A DNA stretch of 64,000 nt, taken from the NCBI RefSeq assembly GCF_009914755.1, contig NC_060934.1. One strand, 5' to 3'. Origin of the DNA: the human T2T-CHM13v2.0 reference genome, Homo sapiens. Under the pieces are notes generated by a model. The model was not told where the DNA came from, did no database searches, and saw only the letters and a list, made by a program, of their open reading frames with translations. The translations under genes and the position numbers were made by a program. How positions within the stretch are numbered: position 1 is the first letter of the stretch; each line of letters begins with the position of its first letter. Positions 24,714 through 38,030 of this stretch are shown here, one piece after another.

Positions 24714-25765
24714 ACACTTGCCACTTTTTGTTTACTCAGTTTTATTGACAGGATCTCATCAATTCCACAGACCAATGCCATATCCTACCAATTGTCTAGA
24801 TAGTTCTAGACCTCTTGGACTAGATTATGACAGAAGACAAGAGTGTTACCTAAGCCTGGTGAAAGACCTTACATGTATGCAATTTTTCATCCCCATGAGA
24901 ATGTGACCTGCTCTGGTGCTCCTTCATAATAGAGATCAATGATCAGACACCGTCTTCTTGAAGCTGTGTTCATCTCTCTAGCAAAATCACAGCACTGCAA
25001 CTGAGGCCACTACTTAGTCAAATTGTGGTACCCTACTCTCATCCTCCATGGTGCATCTCATTTTTGTAGGCTTCTGTTGGTGAATTAAAAGGTGAAAGAA
25101 TGAGGTCCACTACCGCTGCGTTCTTTAGGACTTTCAAGGTGGCATTAATCTCTGCCATTTCTTACCTGAAATGCAATATTGTTTTTCACATTCCTTCTTT
25201 GCTGTGGATGGAAGTGAAGGGGTTTTGGCAGCTTCTACTTGGCCCTTCCCACTGGGATACCTTATATCTCACAGTCCAAGGCACCAAAGCAGAAGGTTTG
25301 CCAAATACAGGTATGTTCATTACAGTTATACATTCAGGAACTGGGAAAATGTCCCTGGGGTGGCTCTGTGGATGCTGTGGGTCCACAGGAATCAGATCTG
25401 TGCTAGGACTGCATTAATGACCTGACCTCATCTGCATCCTCTCTAACAGTGGCCAGGATGACCCCAGTCCCTGTTTATCAAGGTCAACGCTGGTATTTAC
25501 CATTTCTCAGTATACAAGTCCTAAAAGGATGGGCAGTCATCACTGGACACAGTTGCCATGGTGAGGTGGGGTCCTTCCTCATGAGGACCTCCCTCTCCTG
25601 CAGTCAGCAGACTGGCTCAGATCCAGACACTGGGCGAAGGGTCATGTTTTCACTCTTCTTTTTTTTTTTTTTTAAGCTGAAGACTACTTTTAGTCTCCTG
25701 ATTATCCATCTTTGATTTTTTTTATTTTGTAGCTCAAACAATATCCTTGTTAGCATTCCCAAGAA

Positions 25766-25861
25766 CAGGGTGACCAGCTCAGCCCAGTTTGCTCAGGACT
25801 TTCTTGGTTTTAGCACTGAAAGTCCCACACCCTGGATAAATTGACACAAGTGGTCACTCTA
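25766..25861. mobile_element. MER81 (hAT-Blackjack) inserted in ERVL
   Basis: agggtgacca...tggtcactct TIRs, internal ggttttagcactgaaagtccc. Confidence 0.75.
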
Positions 25862-27330
25862 CACTAAGAACATAACATTCTACTAGCCATGCACATTAGT
25901 CTGCAGGTCAGGCCCCCCTGCTGCCACTCTGACCTTACTGCTCATCGCAATCTCTGTGCCCACCTTGCTTCTGACAGCCACGCACCACCCCAGGCCTCTG
26001 TTCCCTCCTAGCATCCTGATTGCTATCAGAGAGCCCAGTTCTATAATGATGTCTCCTGAGGCCATGCCTGACCTACAGAGGCCACCCACCACTGAACCCC
26101 TCCCTGATGCTGGTACCATCTCTCAGTGCTTTGGTGAATGGCAGCTATCGGGGCCCTTCTGTGGGCCACAGTCATTTGGTAGGTTTTCTAGCTTCCATGG
26201 AATATCCTCTCCAGCATGCCCACTCCTCAGAGGTTTTGATTCCTCCTCCTGACATTTGCCATGGTAATTCTGGCATTTCTCCTTCACATAGCTTGGGCCA
26301 TATCTCCTGCCAAGCTTCCAGGAGCCACCAGGCAGCACACATCTCAGGGTCCATGCAGGGTGTGAAATCCTCTGTTAAGGGAGAAGCCCTATGTTGATAA
26401 ACTCTCGCTCATTTGGTTTTTTATTCCACTGCTCCTTATTCAGCCCCTCAGTGTGCCCTGCATCCACTCATGGACCTGCCTGGTTGGTGGTGTGTCCTGC
26501 ACAAACTTCCTTTCCTCCCTCTGAAGGCTCGGCACTTACCCTCCTGGTTTGTGCAGTGGCTTGGTCCAGTGTCTGGGAGGGAAGCTGGAGTAGATGTTGC
26601 ATCGGTAGCACATTGTCTTGTAAGACAGAGGCCTCTACCTTAACTTCAAGCCCGGGCAGTGCGTTAGCCTTTCACAGCTGGAAAACAATCATTTCGGCAG
26701 GCCCAGAGGATTCCAGGGCCCTGGAGCTTCAAAGTGTTCAAGTTCATTGACCCCAAGTCTCATAGTCGACTCCTTCCCAAGCAAGGCTGTGACTGTGGCA
26801 TAGCTGACTTACCCAGGGTGAGAATTCAGTCTTCTCTGAAGCTTCAGAGAAGATGCTGCGCTTCTCTGAAGCTTCACCCTTAGAATTAAGTCTGGGTCCT
26901 GAAAAGCAGCTTTCTCATCTCTCCACTGCTGGACAAGTGCGTCTCTTTATGTCGCGGAGGAAGCCCACAACTTGCACATTTTGCCTTAAAGTGGTAATTA
27001 ATCACCTACAGCCTTTTATTGTTTTTTTTTCCGATCCATTGATTGCATTCAGTAAGAGCCATGCAATTTCATTGTCCTTATAATTACTAATTTCCCCAGT
27101 CCTCTCCAGCTCCTGAAATATGCAGCCTTCCCTGCATTCTCTTCCATCCCAGTTTTTCCAACAGAGAAAAAGCCAGCCATTGCACCCACAGTTGAAACTA
27201 TGGGCCAGGAGCTCTTAGCCCTCCACCTCCAGCCTGTGATGAGGTCTTCAGTGCCCACTGGGCAACAGGTGATCCAGCTCCACAATCCTAGCTAGATTCC
27301 ATTTCCTCAGGCCACTCCTCGTTCTGGCCC

Positions 27331-27731
27331 TCTTTGGCTTGGTTTCCTGGGACTGCCATGAGGACTTACACGCAGGAAGTGTATTGGGATGTCTGGGGAT
27401 CAATACCTGTGGGGAGTAACAGACTCCAGGCCAGGCAGAGAGAGGCTGAACTGCAGTGCAGCCGCAGCACAGGCCTCAGCCAAGCCCCAGGGGCTCTAGA
27501 GCTGGGAATGACTTTTCAGAGAATGTGTCTACCAGTCATTCAATTGGGCTGTGTCCTCCTCCCCTACATGTGGGGAGGGGCAAGACCTTGGGGGAGCCAG
27601 TGCCCCCTGCTCAGGGGAACTCCTGAGGAGGGACTCAGCCTCAAGCCAGCAGCGGCCCACACTCTGGGCAGCAGAATGAGCTCCTCGGTCCCCAGAGGGT
27701 ATCTGGGCAGTGCACCCCAGCATCCACTACA
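27331..27731 (-). mobile_element. LTR16-family ERVL 5' LTR
   Basis: Homologous to 21557-21994 (ctgggcagtgca...cagcatc(c/t)actaca), same orientation. Confidence 0.8.
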
Positions 27732-28785
27732 AAAGCGATGTGAGGAAAGGCTGAAGGAACAAAGGCCTGGAAAAGGATGATCCCACGATGCGATGCCACA
27801 CTCGGAGATCTGAAGGATGGGCCTGTGCTCCAGGAAGCAGACTTGTGCTGCGGGACCTCACGGACCGGCACAGCAACAGTGAGTGATCATGAGAAGAAGC
27901 TCAATCTCACCTCCAAGGAAGACCTCTGAGCAGTGTGACCCTCCAGAGATGGAGTGGGGAAAATGCCGGAGGCCCTGTGCTCCTGTCTCTACTGTATACA
28001 AGCAGAGGCTATTCCACGAGCTGTCCAACTCATATCACAATGAGACAAAATTCAACAATCTTTATAAGCGTCCCTTCCAACGTTAGCCCTTGGAGACTCG
28101 GTACAATGACCGCCTGAACGGTGCAGAGGGTGAACTTGGAGGAGCTCTGCTCTTCAGCATCCGGAGCAATGCCCGCACTCGGTCCTATTTTATTTTAGGA
28201 CTCCACTTGAGGTGCTGGGTGGGTCTGAAGATGGAGACCACAGGGTGGGCGGATTTAATGCCTGTGCAGTGAGCTGTGGAGTCCGTGGTGACGTGGGCCG
28301 TCCTCCAGAAGGAGCCCTGGGCATCCGCCACGCTGAGGCTCCCTGCTGTCACTGCCTGCCCCTCCAGCTGGAACATGTATCCGCCAATTCTGTGCCCAAA
28401 CGGGTGTGCGTCCCTCTGTGTGTATACAGACATGCACACAAGCTCTTCCCAACACAAATATATATTTAAGATTTACTGTTCTGGAAAACCTAGTGAATAA
28501 TGTAAATGATGAAAGCCCACGTCTGGCAGAAAATATTGTTCAGGCAGCCTCATTGAAATTCAGCCTCTCATGCACACTTGGTAATACACACGCCGTATGA
28601 ATTATGGATTCCGGGCTTTATCTCTCACACTACACATGAATGTTTGATAAAGATTGTTTCCAATATTATATTTTGTCAAAATGCTCATCTAAAATTCAGT
28701 CAAAAATGCTTTTCAGTAATTATGCTCTGACTTCACAGGGAATAGAGAAGGGAAGAAGGAAAGTGCCCCTCGGTGGGGTCATTGC

Positions 28786-28787
<2 letters not shown>

Positions 28788-28835
<48 letters not shown>

Positions 28836-28840
28836 CATGT
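28788..28840. repeat. (TG)~20 microsatellite running into (CG)n; alternating purine/pyrimidine
   Basis: Read directly. Confidence 0.95.
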
Positions 28841-29289
28841 TTTCTGTATTTTTTTTTTTCACTCTGGTATTTTTGCTAAAGGGGAGAGGAAGGCTGACAG
28901 TGTTTACCATGGAAATTCTTTATTCCTCCTGCACGTCCTCATTACAGAAGCAGCTACAATAAAGTCTACTTTTTGCCGTGCAGACACTCAGCAGTTCATT
29001 CGTTCCTCAGATATTTTTAAACTGAGTGCTGGCTCATTGGCAGCGTGGCCTCAGCCTTGCCTCCCTACGACTCATGCTCCCAGAGCTTCCAGTGGATCCT
29101 CTACAACACACATCCCGAGCCCCTGCTCCTTCACCCCAACCCTGTCCATTCCTCCAGTGGCTCTCCCTGTCCTACAGCAGATGTGGCAAATCTCTAGTGA
29201 CCGGTCTCCACCCTGCAGTCAGAGGGGATGCTCCCACCTCAGAATCCTTCTTAACACACGCTGTGAAATTAACACACTATCAATGAAAT

Positions 29290-29570
29290 GAAGATGACTT
29301 GGGAAATAAACTCAGAAGTCCTCCTGTATACTACAAGGTGGAACTCAGCCTCTGGAGAGTGGCATTCCAGGCTTTTTGCAACCTGACCACAGCCTCTCTT
29401 CCCACTCCCCTCCAGCCATTCCCCTTCTGCCCTCTCTAAGCTCTCTAGTCTCCGTTCCATGCCTTTGCTTTTCCTTTTCCATCTGCCTAGAATGTTCTTC
29501 ATCCCTCATCTCCTTGGCAAACTCCTACTCATGCTTCAAGACCTCTGTGAAGCCTCCTTCCCTTGCCCAG
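29290..29570 (+). mobile_element. L2 fragment
   Basis: ctgcctagaatgttctt...aaactcctactcatgcttcaagac. Confidence 0.7.
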
Positions 29571-29603
29571 TGTGCATGCACGCTCTCTCTCTCTGCCTCT
29601 TCA

Positions 29604-29702
29604 TATATACATATACATATATATATAAAATACATGCACATGCACGCACACATATATACATATACACATATGCATCCATCTGTATACCTACATATGTACA
29701 TA
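29604..29702. repeat. TA/CA-rich low-complexity repeat
   Basis: Read directly. Confidence 0.8.
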
Positions 29703-30059
29703 TTACAGAGAGTGATACCCCAGGAAAGCTTCCTAACACAGAGCAAGCATGCTACCTAAGTCCACGTCCCAAAATGACTCATGTGTGCATGCTGAATCAC
29801 CATACAAAGAAAATGTAGGTTCTGTGCTCACAAATGGCACTGACCTTCATGGAGCTACAGGGTAGATGATGGGTCACTCACAGCACAGATATGGGAAAAG
29901 ATCTTCCTTTACCTCCCCCAGTATCCAGGAAAATAAGTACACATTCATTAACTGCAGATTTCATAGAAAGCAAGGCAGGCAAGCATGAGTGGAGGAGGCC
30001 AAACTGACCTTACCATTTTCACCGTGGCATTCCTTTACTCCATGTGACTCAGCACTCCC

Positions 30060-30405
30060 AGCCCCCACCCTATCCTGCATCATCCTTGATGCCTCCTTCT
30101 CCCTCTTCACTCCCAACCTCCCAGAAACAGGACCTGGGAAGTCCACATTTCAGACACCCTTAGAATCCCTCCATGTCTCCCCATCCCTGCAGCCCCCATG
30201 TGCTGCAAGCCACCACAGTCTGTCCTCAAGGAGCCTGGAACAGCCTCCCACAGTCTTCCTGTCTCCTTCGTGTCTCCTCCAACCTATTCTCCATCTGCAG
30301 CCTGAGCGACCTTTCTAAACCCAAATCTGGTAATGTTGCTCCCTACAAAGAACTCTTCAGTGTCTCTCCATTGCTCTTAGGATAAAGACCAGACTTCCTC
30401 CTGTG
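30060..30405 (+). mobile_element. L2 fragment
   Basis: cctttctaaacccaaatctgg...ctcttcagtgtctctccattgctcttaggataaa. Confidence 0.65.
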
Positions 30406-31089
30406 GTTGAAAAGGAAGGAGCGGCGCTCACCACATGCAGCATTCTGTAAGGCCTGGGCATCCCCCATCAGAACAGTTGCTGGGAACAGCCACGATGGCC
30501 GTGCAGGGAATGTGAACTGAAAACCAGCTGGAGCAGAAGATCCTGGGGGCTGGCCATGTCCTGACCACTTTCCGCAACCTCAGCTCCCCATTCTGCAGCC
30601 TGCTCCCTGTCCTCCGGCCCCTCTCATTCTCACCTCCATGCCTTTGCTCTGCTACCTATCTGGTTTTCTGTTGTCTCCTCACTGCCCAGCAGCGAACTGG
30701 GCACCAAACAGGTGCCAAACAGGTGTTTTTAAAATGTGTTGGATTCCACGGGAAGCCAGGAAGCACGGGAGCCCCAGAGATCCATCAGGAACACTCGCTG
30801 CAGTGCCAGGCAGGGCTCCCCACCTATCAGCCAGGCATACGAGCTGATCTGACAAATGCAGCCTGGGCCCTGGGGTAGCGTGTGAGGAGGGCTGCTGACA
30901 GCTCTGAGCCCCGCCAGGGCTGAACACATGCTATTCTACAGCCACTGAGTATTTCCGCATGGCTCTGGTATGAGAGTGACAGCCCTGGAGTTCAGCTATT
31001 CCCAGGAGGGCTGGGAGCAGAGAGGATGCCAACAGGGAACCCCCGGGAGAATCCCTTGCCATAGTCTGTATAGATCTACAGCCTTCCTG

Positions 31090-31560
31090 CCTTTCTTCCA
31101 CAAACAGTGCCTGCCTGCCTGCCTACTCTTCGCCAGGCACTGTGCTGGGAACAGGGGTACAAAGATGGAGGCTACAGGTCTCAGTTCTCAAAGTCCTCAT
31201 ATTCTAGGGGTCAGACAGACCACCCAGAAGACACGCACTGAGGGTTTGGTAGAGGTTGGTCAGGCTGATGTGTGAACTCAGAGTCAGGGAGTCCCAACCT
31301 GCACCAGGCCTATCAGGGAATCTGCCAGAAGAGGGAAGAGCAGGGCTGAGGTCTGAAGAATGAGTAGGAGATCACAAAGGGAAGGGATTGGGAGGCACTT
31401 CAGGCATCAGAAGCAGCAGGTTCAAAGGCCTGGAGGCTAAAGGGCACATGAGGGCAGTAAGAAATATTCAAGGAGTTCCACAAGGCCAAAGGCAAGGGCC
31501 AGATGGAAAGTTGTGTTGAGATCAGGAGTCTGGACATTGCCCTGGAAACTGCAAGTGGGC
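31090..31560 (-). mobile_element. L2 fragment
   Basis: cctactcttcgccaggcactgtgctggg...gctgaggtctgaagaatgagtagga. Confidence 0.65.
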
Positions 31561-31699
31561 AGTGTGCACACCAGGTTACAGGAGGAGTCACAGCCAGAAG
31601 CAGACCTCACACACCTGTGTGCTTCGCAGCTGCTTCCCATCTTGTCTCCAGGACAGCTGCCATCCTCTCCTCCCCTCCCTGTATCTGCATGCCATTCCC

Positions 31700-32235
31700 T
31701 TAAAGAGAAGTGGGATTCCTACACCCAGTGAATCTCAGTGGCCTGTGGCTTTTCTGTACAGTAGAATTAAGCAGCAGTGAAGCTATGCTGGATCTTGGCT
31801 GAACTTTTAAAAGAGCTTCCCCTCTTGGTGCACTTGCTCTGAGGAATGCCAACCACCACATAGGAAGTCTAACTACCCCGAGACAGCCATGTTGTGAGGA
31901 AGCCCAAGCTAGCAATGCAAAGAAGCCTCATGGAGAAAGTGATGCCAGACAGAGCTCCAGCTGTCCCAGCCCAAGCACCAAACATGTAAATGAAAAAGCC
32001 ACTGCGGACATCCCAGCCTCGGCAAATCTCATAGCAGCCCCAGACACCTGGCTATAATCGATTTGCTGCAGCCATCTCCATCTAAAGCCCCAGACGTCAT
32101 GGAGAAAAGGCAAGGTATTCCTGCTGTGCCCTAGCAAAATTCCTGACCCAAAGGACCTTGAGAATTTAAAAATAGTTGTGGTTTTATGCTTTAAATTTAG
32201 AACAGTTTGTTATGTAGCAATGAATAACTGAAACA
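31700..32235 (+). mobile_element. MLT1G/H-like MaLR LTR
   Basis: gccatgttgtgaggaagcccaagctagc...aattcctgaccca...tttgttatgtagcaatgaataactgaaaca. Confidence 0.75.
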
Positions 32236-32239
32236 CCAA

Positions 32240-32765
32240 CCCAGTTATAACAGTGAGAATGTATTCAGCTACAAATAAGAGAAAACTATTTGCAGCATAG
32301 AAACAAACAAATAGGGAGCATTTTTCTTGCACATCAAAACCAGAGGAAGGTAGCTGCTCAAAGGCTGCATGAAATGAAGGCCAGCATGTTTACAGCTCTC
32401 TCAGCCTTGCCCTCAAGGTGAAAAGATAGCTGCTGCAGCTCCAGATATCATGTTCTAACTCCAAGCAGGAAGGAGAGGAGGAAAGTTTTGCAACAGCCAC
32501 TCTAAGCCCCCTTTATACTGCGAGAGCCAAAGCTTTCCCAGAATCATCACCAGCCGACTTAGGTCATCTTAGGTCTTTGTGAACTTAGGTTATATGGCCA
32601 GTCCCAGCTGCAAAGGAGACAGGCAGTGTGGATAATGGGATGATCATAAGTGGCTTAGACCAGTTATGATCCATTTGCACTGCCACCCGAAACAAAATTT
32701 GGGTTCCCTTGAGCTAAAGAAACGGGGAAGAAATATTGGACGAGCAGCAGCTACATTTGTCTTAT
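32240..32765 (-). mobile_element. MLT1J/K-like MaLR LTR
   Basis: gctgctgcagctccagatatca...aaagctttcccagaa...cccagctgcaaaggag...aacaaaatttgggttc. Confidence 0.6.
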
Positions 32766-32779
32766 CCATGAACTCTTCT

Positions 32780-33460
32780 TCTTTAACTGCTTTATTGAAG
32801 TTTAATTGGCTCCAATAAACTATATGTCATATTTTAAATGTAAAATATGATAAACTTTGATGTAAGTTTAAGCCATGAAACCATTGCTGCCATCAAGATA
32901 ACAAACACATTCATCACCCCAAAGATTCTTCATTCCCTGTTTTCATTCCTCCCTCCTGCCCCTTGACCCGGTCCCCAGGAAACCAATGATGTGCTTTATA
33001 TCACTGTAGATCAGTTCACATTTTCTACAGTTTCATATCAATGGAATCACACAGCATGTGCTTTTTTGTGTGCCTTCTTTTTGCTTAGCATAATTTTTGG
33101 AGATTCACCCATGTCTTTGTATATATCAATCATTCATTCCTTTTTATTGCAGAGTTATATTTTATGGTATGGGTATACCATGACTTGTTTATCCATTTCC
33201 CTATTAATGGACCTTTGCGTTTTTTGGCTATTACAAATAAAGCTGCTATGAATATTATGTACAAGTCTTTGTGTAGCCATGTTTCTTTCTTCTTGAGTAA
33301 ATATCTACAAGTAGATTGGCTGGCTTATATGATAGATGTATGTTAAATTTTTTTTTTAACTGTCAGACTGTTTTCCAAAGTGGTCGTTTCATTGTACATC
33401 CCTACCAGCTGTGTGTAAGAGTTCCAGTTCCTCCACATCCTCACCAACACTTGATGTGGT
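32780..33460 (-). mobile_element. L1MB/ME 3' fragment
   Basis: ttttggctattacaaataaagctgctatgaa...gactgttttccaaagtgg...cctcaccaacacttg. Confidence 0.85.
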
Positions 33461-33570
33461 CATTACTCCCCAACTTCTTAATTCCCTTAAGGACTCTGGT
33501 CCAGGCAACCTTTTAATAAATCATCTGTGGCCCAGTAGGGAAAATCACTGAGGAAAGGAAAAAGAAATAA

Positions 33571-34086
<516 letters not shown>

Positions 34087-34239
34087 TTCATTCTCCTTTT
34101 CTTTCTGTGGCTTGGGCTCACTCTCTTTATCTCCAGAGATGACTTCCTTCTGGAAGACAAAAGGGAAATGGTTTTAGAATATAGCAGAGGATGGAGAACT
34201 GGGTTTGGGAGTAGGAGGCTCTCCCAAGATAGACATCAA

Positions 34240-35110
34240 AATCAGACCAGGGGAGGAGTCAGGGACAACTTTTCAAAGCAGGTAAATCTTAAGCTAATTT
34301 TTCAAAAAGCAGGAAAAAAATGTGGAAAAGCAATTCCAAGAAGTAGAAACCACGCAGAAAATCCCCAGAGACATGGAGCATCATAAGATGATCAGAGAAC
34401 CTCAAGTGACTTGATGACTAGAGCAAAGGTGCTTGCAGGCAGGCCAGGAGGTGATGCTTGGAGAGCCTGGAGGTCATGGAGAAAGCCAAAGTGGTCGACC
34501 TTGCTCTTAAAAGCAAAAGGAAGCCATTGAATGTTTTAGGTAGAGGAGTGAAATGGCAGGCCTGTGGTTCAGAACATTCCCAGGAAAGGATATTATGGAA
34601 GCGGCTCTCTTAGAGAAAGAAGACCATGGGGAGAGGGGAGATTATTTCCAATTTCAAGGGGGTAATAATGAAGTCCAGAACTAGGGTGCCCAAAAGGACA
34701 GGTCAAGAGAGTGAGAATGGAGCTCTGGTCTGAGCTGCAGATAGAGTTTGGGGAGTCATCAGCATATGAGCTGCCACTTAAGACACGCATGTGTAGGTGA
34801 GGTCCTGCTATAGAATCAGACGTGTACTGAGTAAGCAGAAGAAGAGATGTGTTTTTTTAAAGGAAGTGGGAAGAAACAGAGAAATAGGAAGTATCACAGG
34901 AGAGCGGGTGTTACGGAAACAAGGCAGAGTGAATTTCAAGAAGGAGAGAATAGTCAGTATTGGCAAATGTCACAGAAAATCAGGAAAAGTAACTAGATGT
35001 GAATGCCCATGACTTTGGCTGTGAGGAAGATCACAGATGACCTCAACTAGAGCAGTTTAATTGGAGTCATGAAGACAAAAGTAGATGTTGTCATTGAGGA
35101 GTAATTCTAT
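34240..35110 (-). mobile_element. L2 fragment(s)
   Basis: ggaagccattgaatgttttagg...tttggggagtcatcagcata...agatgacctcaactagagcagttt. Confidence 0.7.
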
Positions 35111-36199
35111 GAAATTACTCTGGAAAACACTCAGGAAATACTCTACGGTATGGACATCAGGAAAGCACTCCCAGGAAGCCTTGGAAAATAAAGCTATCAG
35201 TCATCTGCTAGAGGGGGCAACTTGGACTTGGAGGCCTTTGAGATAGAAGAAGCTGGAGAATGATTATGAGCTATTAGGAAAGATGAAGGGGAAACACTTG
35301 AAAAGAACAGGACACAGAGAGGATAAAGCATGGAGCAAGTTTCTGAGAAGCAGAGAATGGGTTTGGAAAATAGAAAAACCACTAGCTAAACTAATCAAGA
35401 AAATAAGCACAAATATGCATAACTAGAAATGAGAATGGGGAAATTACCCCGTATAGAGGAAATTAAAAGAATTGTAATAGATTACTGAGCTCAATGCTTT
35501 GAAAATAAATTTGAACACATGGACAAAATGGGTGATTTTCAAGAAAAAACATAAATGGTGAAAACTAGCCTTAGAAAAGATAGGAAATCTAAAGAGTCCA
35601 ATTACCAGAGAAGAAATTGAGAGTGTTGTCAAAAAGCCACTATCCATTAAAGCACTACTTGTAGAAAGCTTTACAGGTAAAAATCCATCAGAATTTCAAG
35701 AAGCAGATAACTCAATGCTATTTAAACTGCTCCTGAATATTGTAGAGAGGGAGAAGAGAACTTAAATCTAAGAATCCAACAAAACAGTAAAAACAAAAGC
35801 CAAAAGGGTGAGACAAAAGACTATAGTATGATCTTTAAGACACCATAAATGCAAAATTTTTAAATAAAATATTAGCAAGCAGAACATATATTTTAAAAGG
35901 GTATATGCTAACACCATGTGGGGTTTATTTAAATAATGCAAGGATGGTTTTTTAATGAAGGAATCAATATAACTCATGGTATTAAAATATCAATAAGAAA
36001 ACCATACAATTCTCTATATATACTAAAAGATAAGTTGACAAAAATCCAACTTTGTTTCATGATTTAAGAACTTTTAACAAAATAGGATCTTATGGATTGA
36101 GATATCACAACTCAAGCTAAAACCCAGGATCATTTCTAATGACATATCAGTAGAATCATTCCCATCAGTCAGGGACAAGTAAAGGGTGCCCAATGGTGT

Positions 36200-36650
36200 C
36201 CCTTACATCATTGTGCAAGTCTTCACCCTGCTGTATCTGTGTCATTTGCCATGTGATTTTGCAGTTTCTCTTCCTAAAGACAGAGTATTCCTCCAATCCC
36301 CCTGATGTTGAATTTGGCCATGTGGATTGTGGTGGAAAGTGGTATAAATGAGAGTGCCAATTTTGAGTCTAAGATTTGAGAAGCATCCTCTGTTCCCATT
36401 TACTACTCTTACATTTCCATCCTTACCATGAAAAGTAGAGGCTAGAGGTTGCAAGACGGTCCGAGGGTGCTGAGGAATGCATGGAGCAGACCTGGACCCA
36501 ACCTGCAGCTTGGAACCAAGCCCAGCCGAGGCCAACCTGCATCAGTCAACCCTCAGTCGACCTGCAGACACTTAAATGAGGATAAATGATTGCTTTGAAC
36601 TCTGAACTTTGATGATTATTATGCAGCATTATTGCGGCAGTAATACCCAT
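36200..36650 (+). mobile_element. MLT1H/I-like LTR inside L1M
   Basis: ttgccatgtgattttgcagt...tttggccatgtg...gagcagacctggacccaacctgcagc...ttatgcagcattattg. Confidence 0.7.
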
Positions 36651-37206
36651 TGTAACAAATATTATTAAATGTTGTTTCCCACCTACTAACCAATGCAAGA
36701 TGAGAAAACAAATGAGAAGTTTCAATATTGCAATGAGGATGCAAAATTATCATTTATTAATCATCTGATTGTATACTTCTAAAACACAGGAGGAAACCCC
36801 AGTTTTTAAAAACTGTTAAAACATTAAGAATCTAGTAAGAATTAATTCATATAAAAATCACTAGCTTTCCTATATAAAACAATAACCAATTAGAAAATCA
36901 AAGATCCCATCATCAGTAAAAATTTAAAAAGATAAAATGCCTAGAAATATATTTAACACAAAACGTGCTTAATCGATAGGGAACATTTTTTTCAAACTCC
37001 ACTGAAAGACATAAAATAAAACTTCAATAAATGGAAAGATATTCCCTGCTCTTGGATTGAAAGAGTCATATGGTAAAGATTCCAATTCTCTCTAAATTAA
37101 TCTATATTAGTGTGATCCAAAAATACCAACAGGATTTTACACTAAACTTGTTGATCCTATATATAACAAGAGCTGAGAAATTTCTGAAAAAAAAAAGGAA
37201 ACCAAC

Positions 37207-37816
37207 TGTATTGGATAGTAAACAGCATCATTTTACCAGCAAGAAAGCCACGCCTGTGAATAAACAGATTATAATGGACATTTGTCATATTTGTAGCCAC
37301 CTAGTGTCTTTTGAATACTTCCTAGGTTTGGAGTAGGAACAGAGCAGAGCTGAGGTCAGAGCGGAGGCCAGAACTTGTTTTGTCAGTCACCCTTCCAGCC
37401 AGCACACAGGTGTGTGACCTGTGCTCTGCCAGCCAGGCTCCCCCATGTGAGCCTCAGATCTAGGAAAGGGCAACAGGAGAAGCAGGACCTGCATATGATC
37501 TGAGTCTGATGAGGGAGGCAGCAGAGACATCAGGCTCTTGGTGGGGCATGCCGTGGTATAGTTCCTGATGGCCACTGCCCAGAGCCAGCAGGGCCAGCTT
37601 CATACGTGTGCCCAGCAGTGGCAGCAGCAGTGGTGTCCTCCCCAGAGCAATCCCCAAGGGAGGCTAATGCAGGCTTCTTGGCTGCACAGCCACTGTGTCT
37701 GATTCTCTGGCCTCCTGGAGACCCCGTGAGCAACCCAACAATCTAAAAAATTCCTTTTCTGCTCCAACTGGCAGAGTAGCCTTCCTTGTTTGCAACTTCA
37801 AACCCTGGCCGATACA
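37207..37816 (+). mobile_element. Old ERVL-type solo LTR inside L1M
   Basis: TGTA...TACA termini with near-perfect 5-bp TSD ccaac/ccgac; U5-like aaattccttttctgct...tttgcaac. Confidence 0.6.
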
Positions 37817-37884
37817 CCGACTAAATGACTAGACTATAAGATCCAGAAATAGATCATATACTTCTGGAGGAAATCTTAGTAAAG

Positions 37885-38030
37885 ATTTATCAAGCACCTA
37901 CTATGTGCAGAGCACTATTCTGCATATTTATAATTATCTCATTCACCTTTACAGCAATCCTAGTTTATTACTCTCAGTTTACAAATCTGGAAACCAAGGT
38001 ACAGAAAGATTTCTGCAATTCACATATAAT
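37885..38030 (-). mobile_element. MIR SINE
   Basis: atttatcaagcacctactatgtgc...tttacaaatctggaaaccaaggtacagaaag. Confidence 0.7.

Larger units (their letters stand above)
21995..27330 (-). mobile_element. Decayed ERVL internal region (ERV3-16A3_I-like): gag-RT-RNaseH-integrase-dUTPase remnants
   Basis: Minus-strand translations: LATWWQVDYIEPL and LIGMDIHSGYGF (integrase, ~23080-23177), MLPSGDT (dUTPase-like, ~22590), KQYCI...AEINATLKVLKNA (RT N-terminus, ~25110-25185). Many stops and frameshifts. Confidence 0.8.

Noticed and set aside
27300-27330. tRNA-Leu primer binding site
   Set aside because: Position fits and the minus strand has aggagtgg, but it is too degenerate to call.
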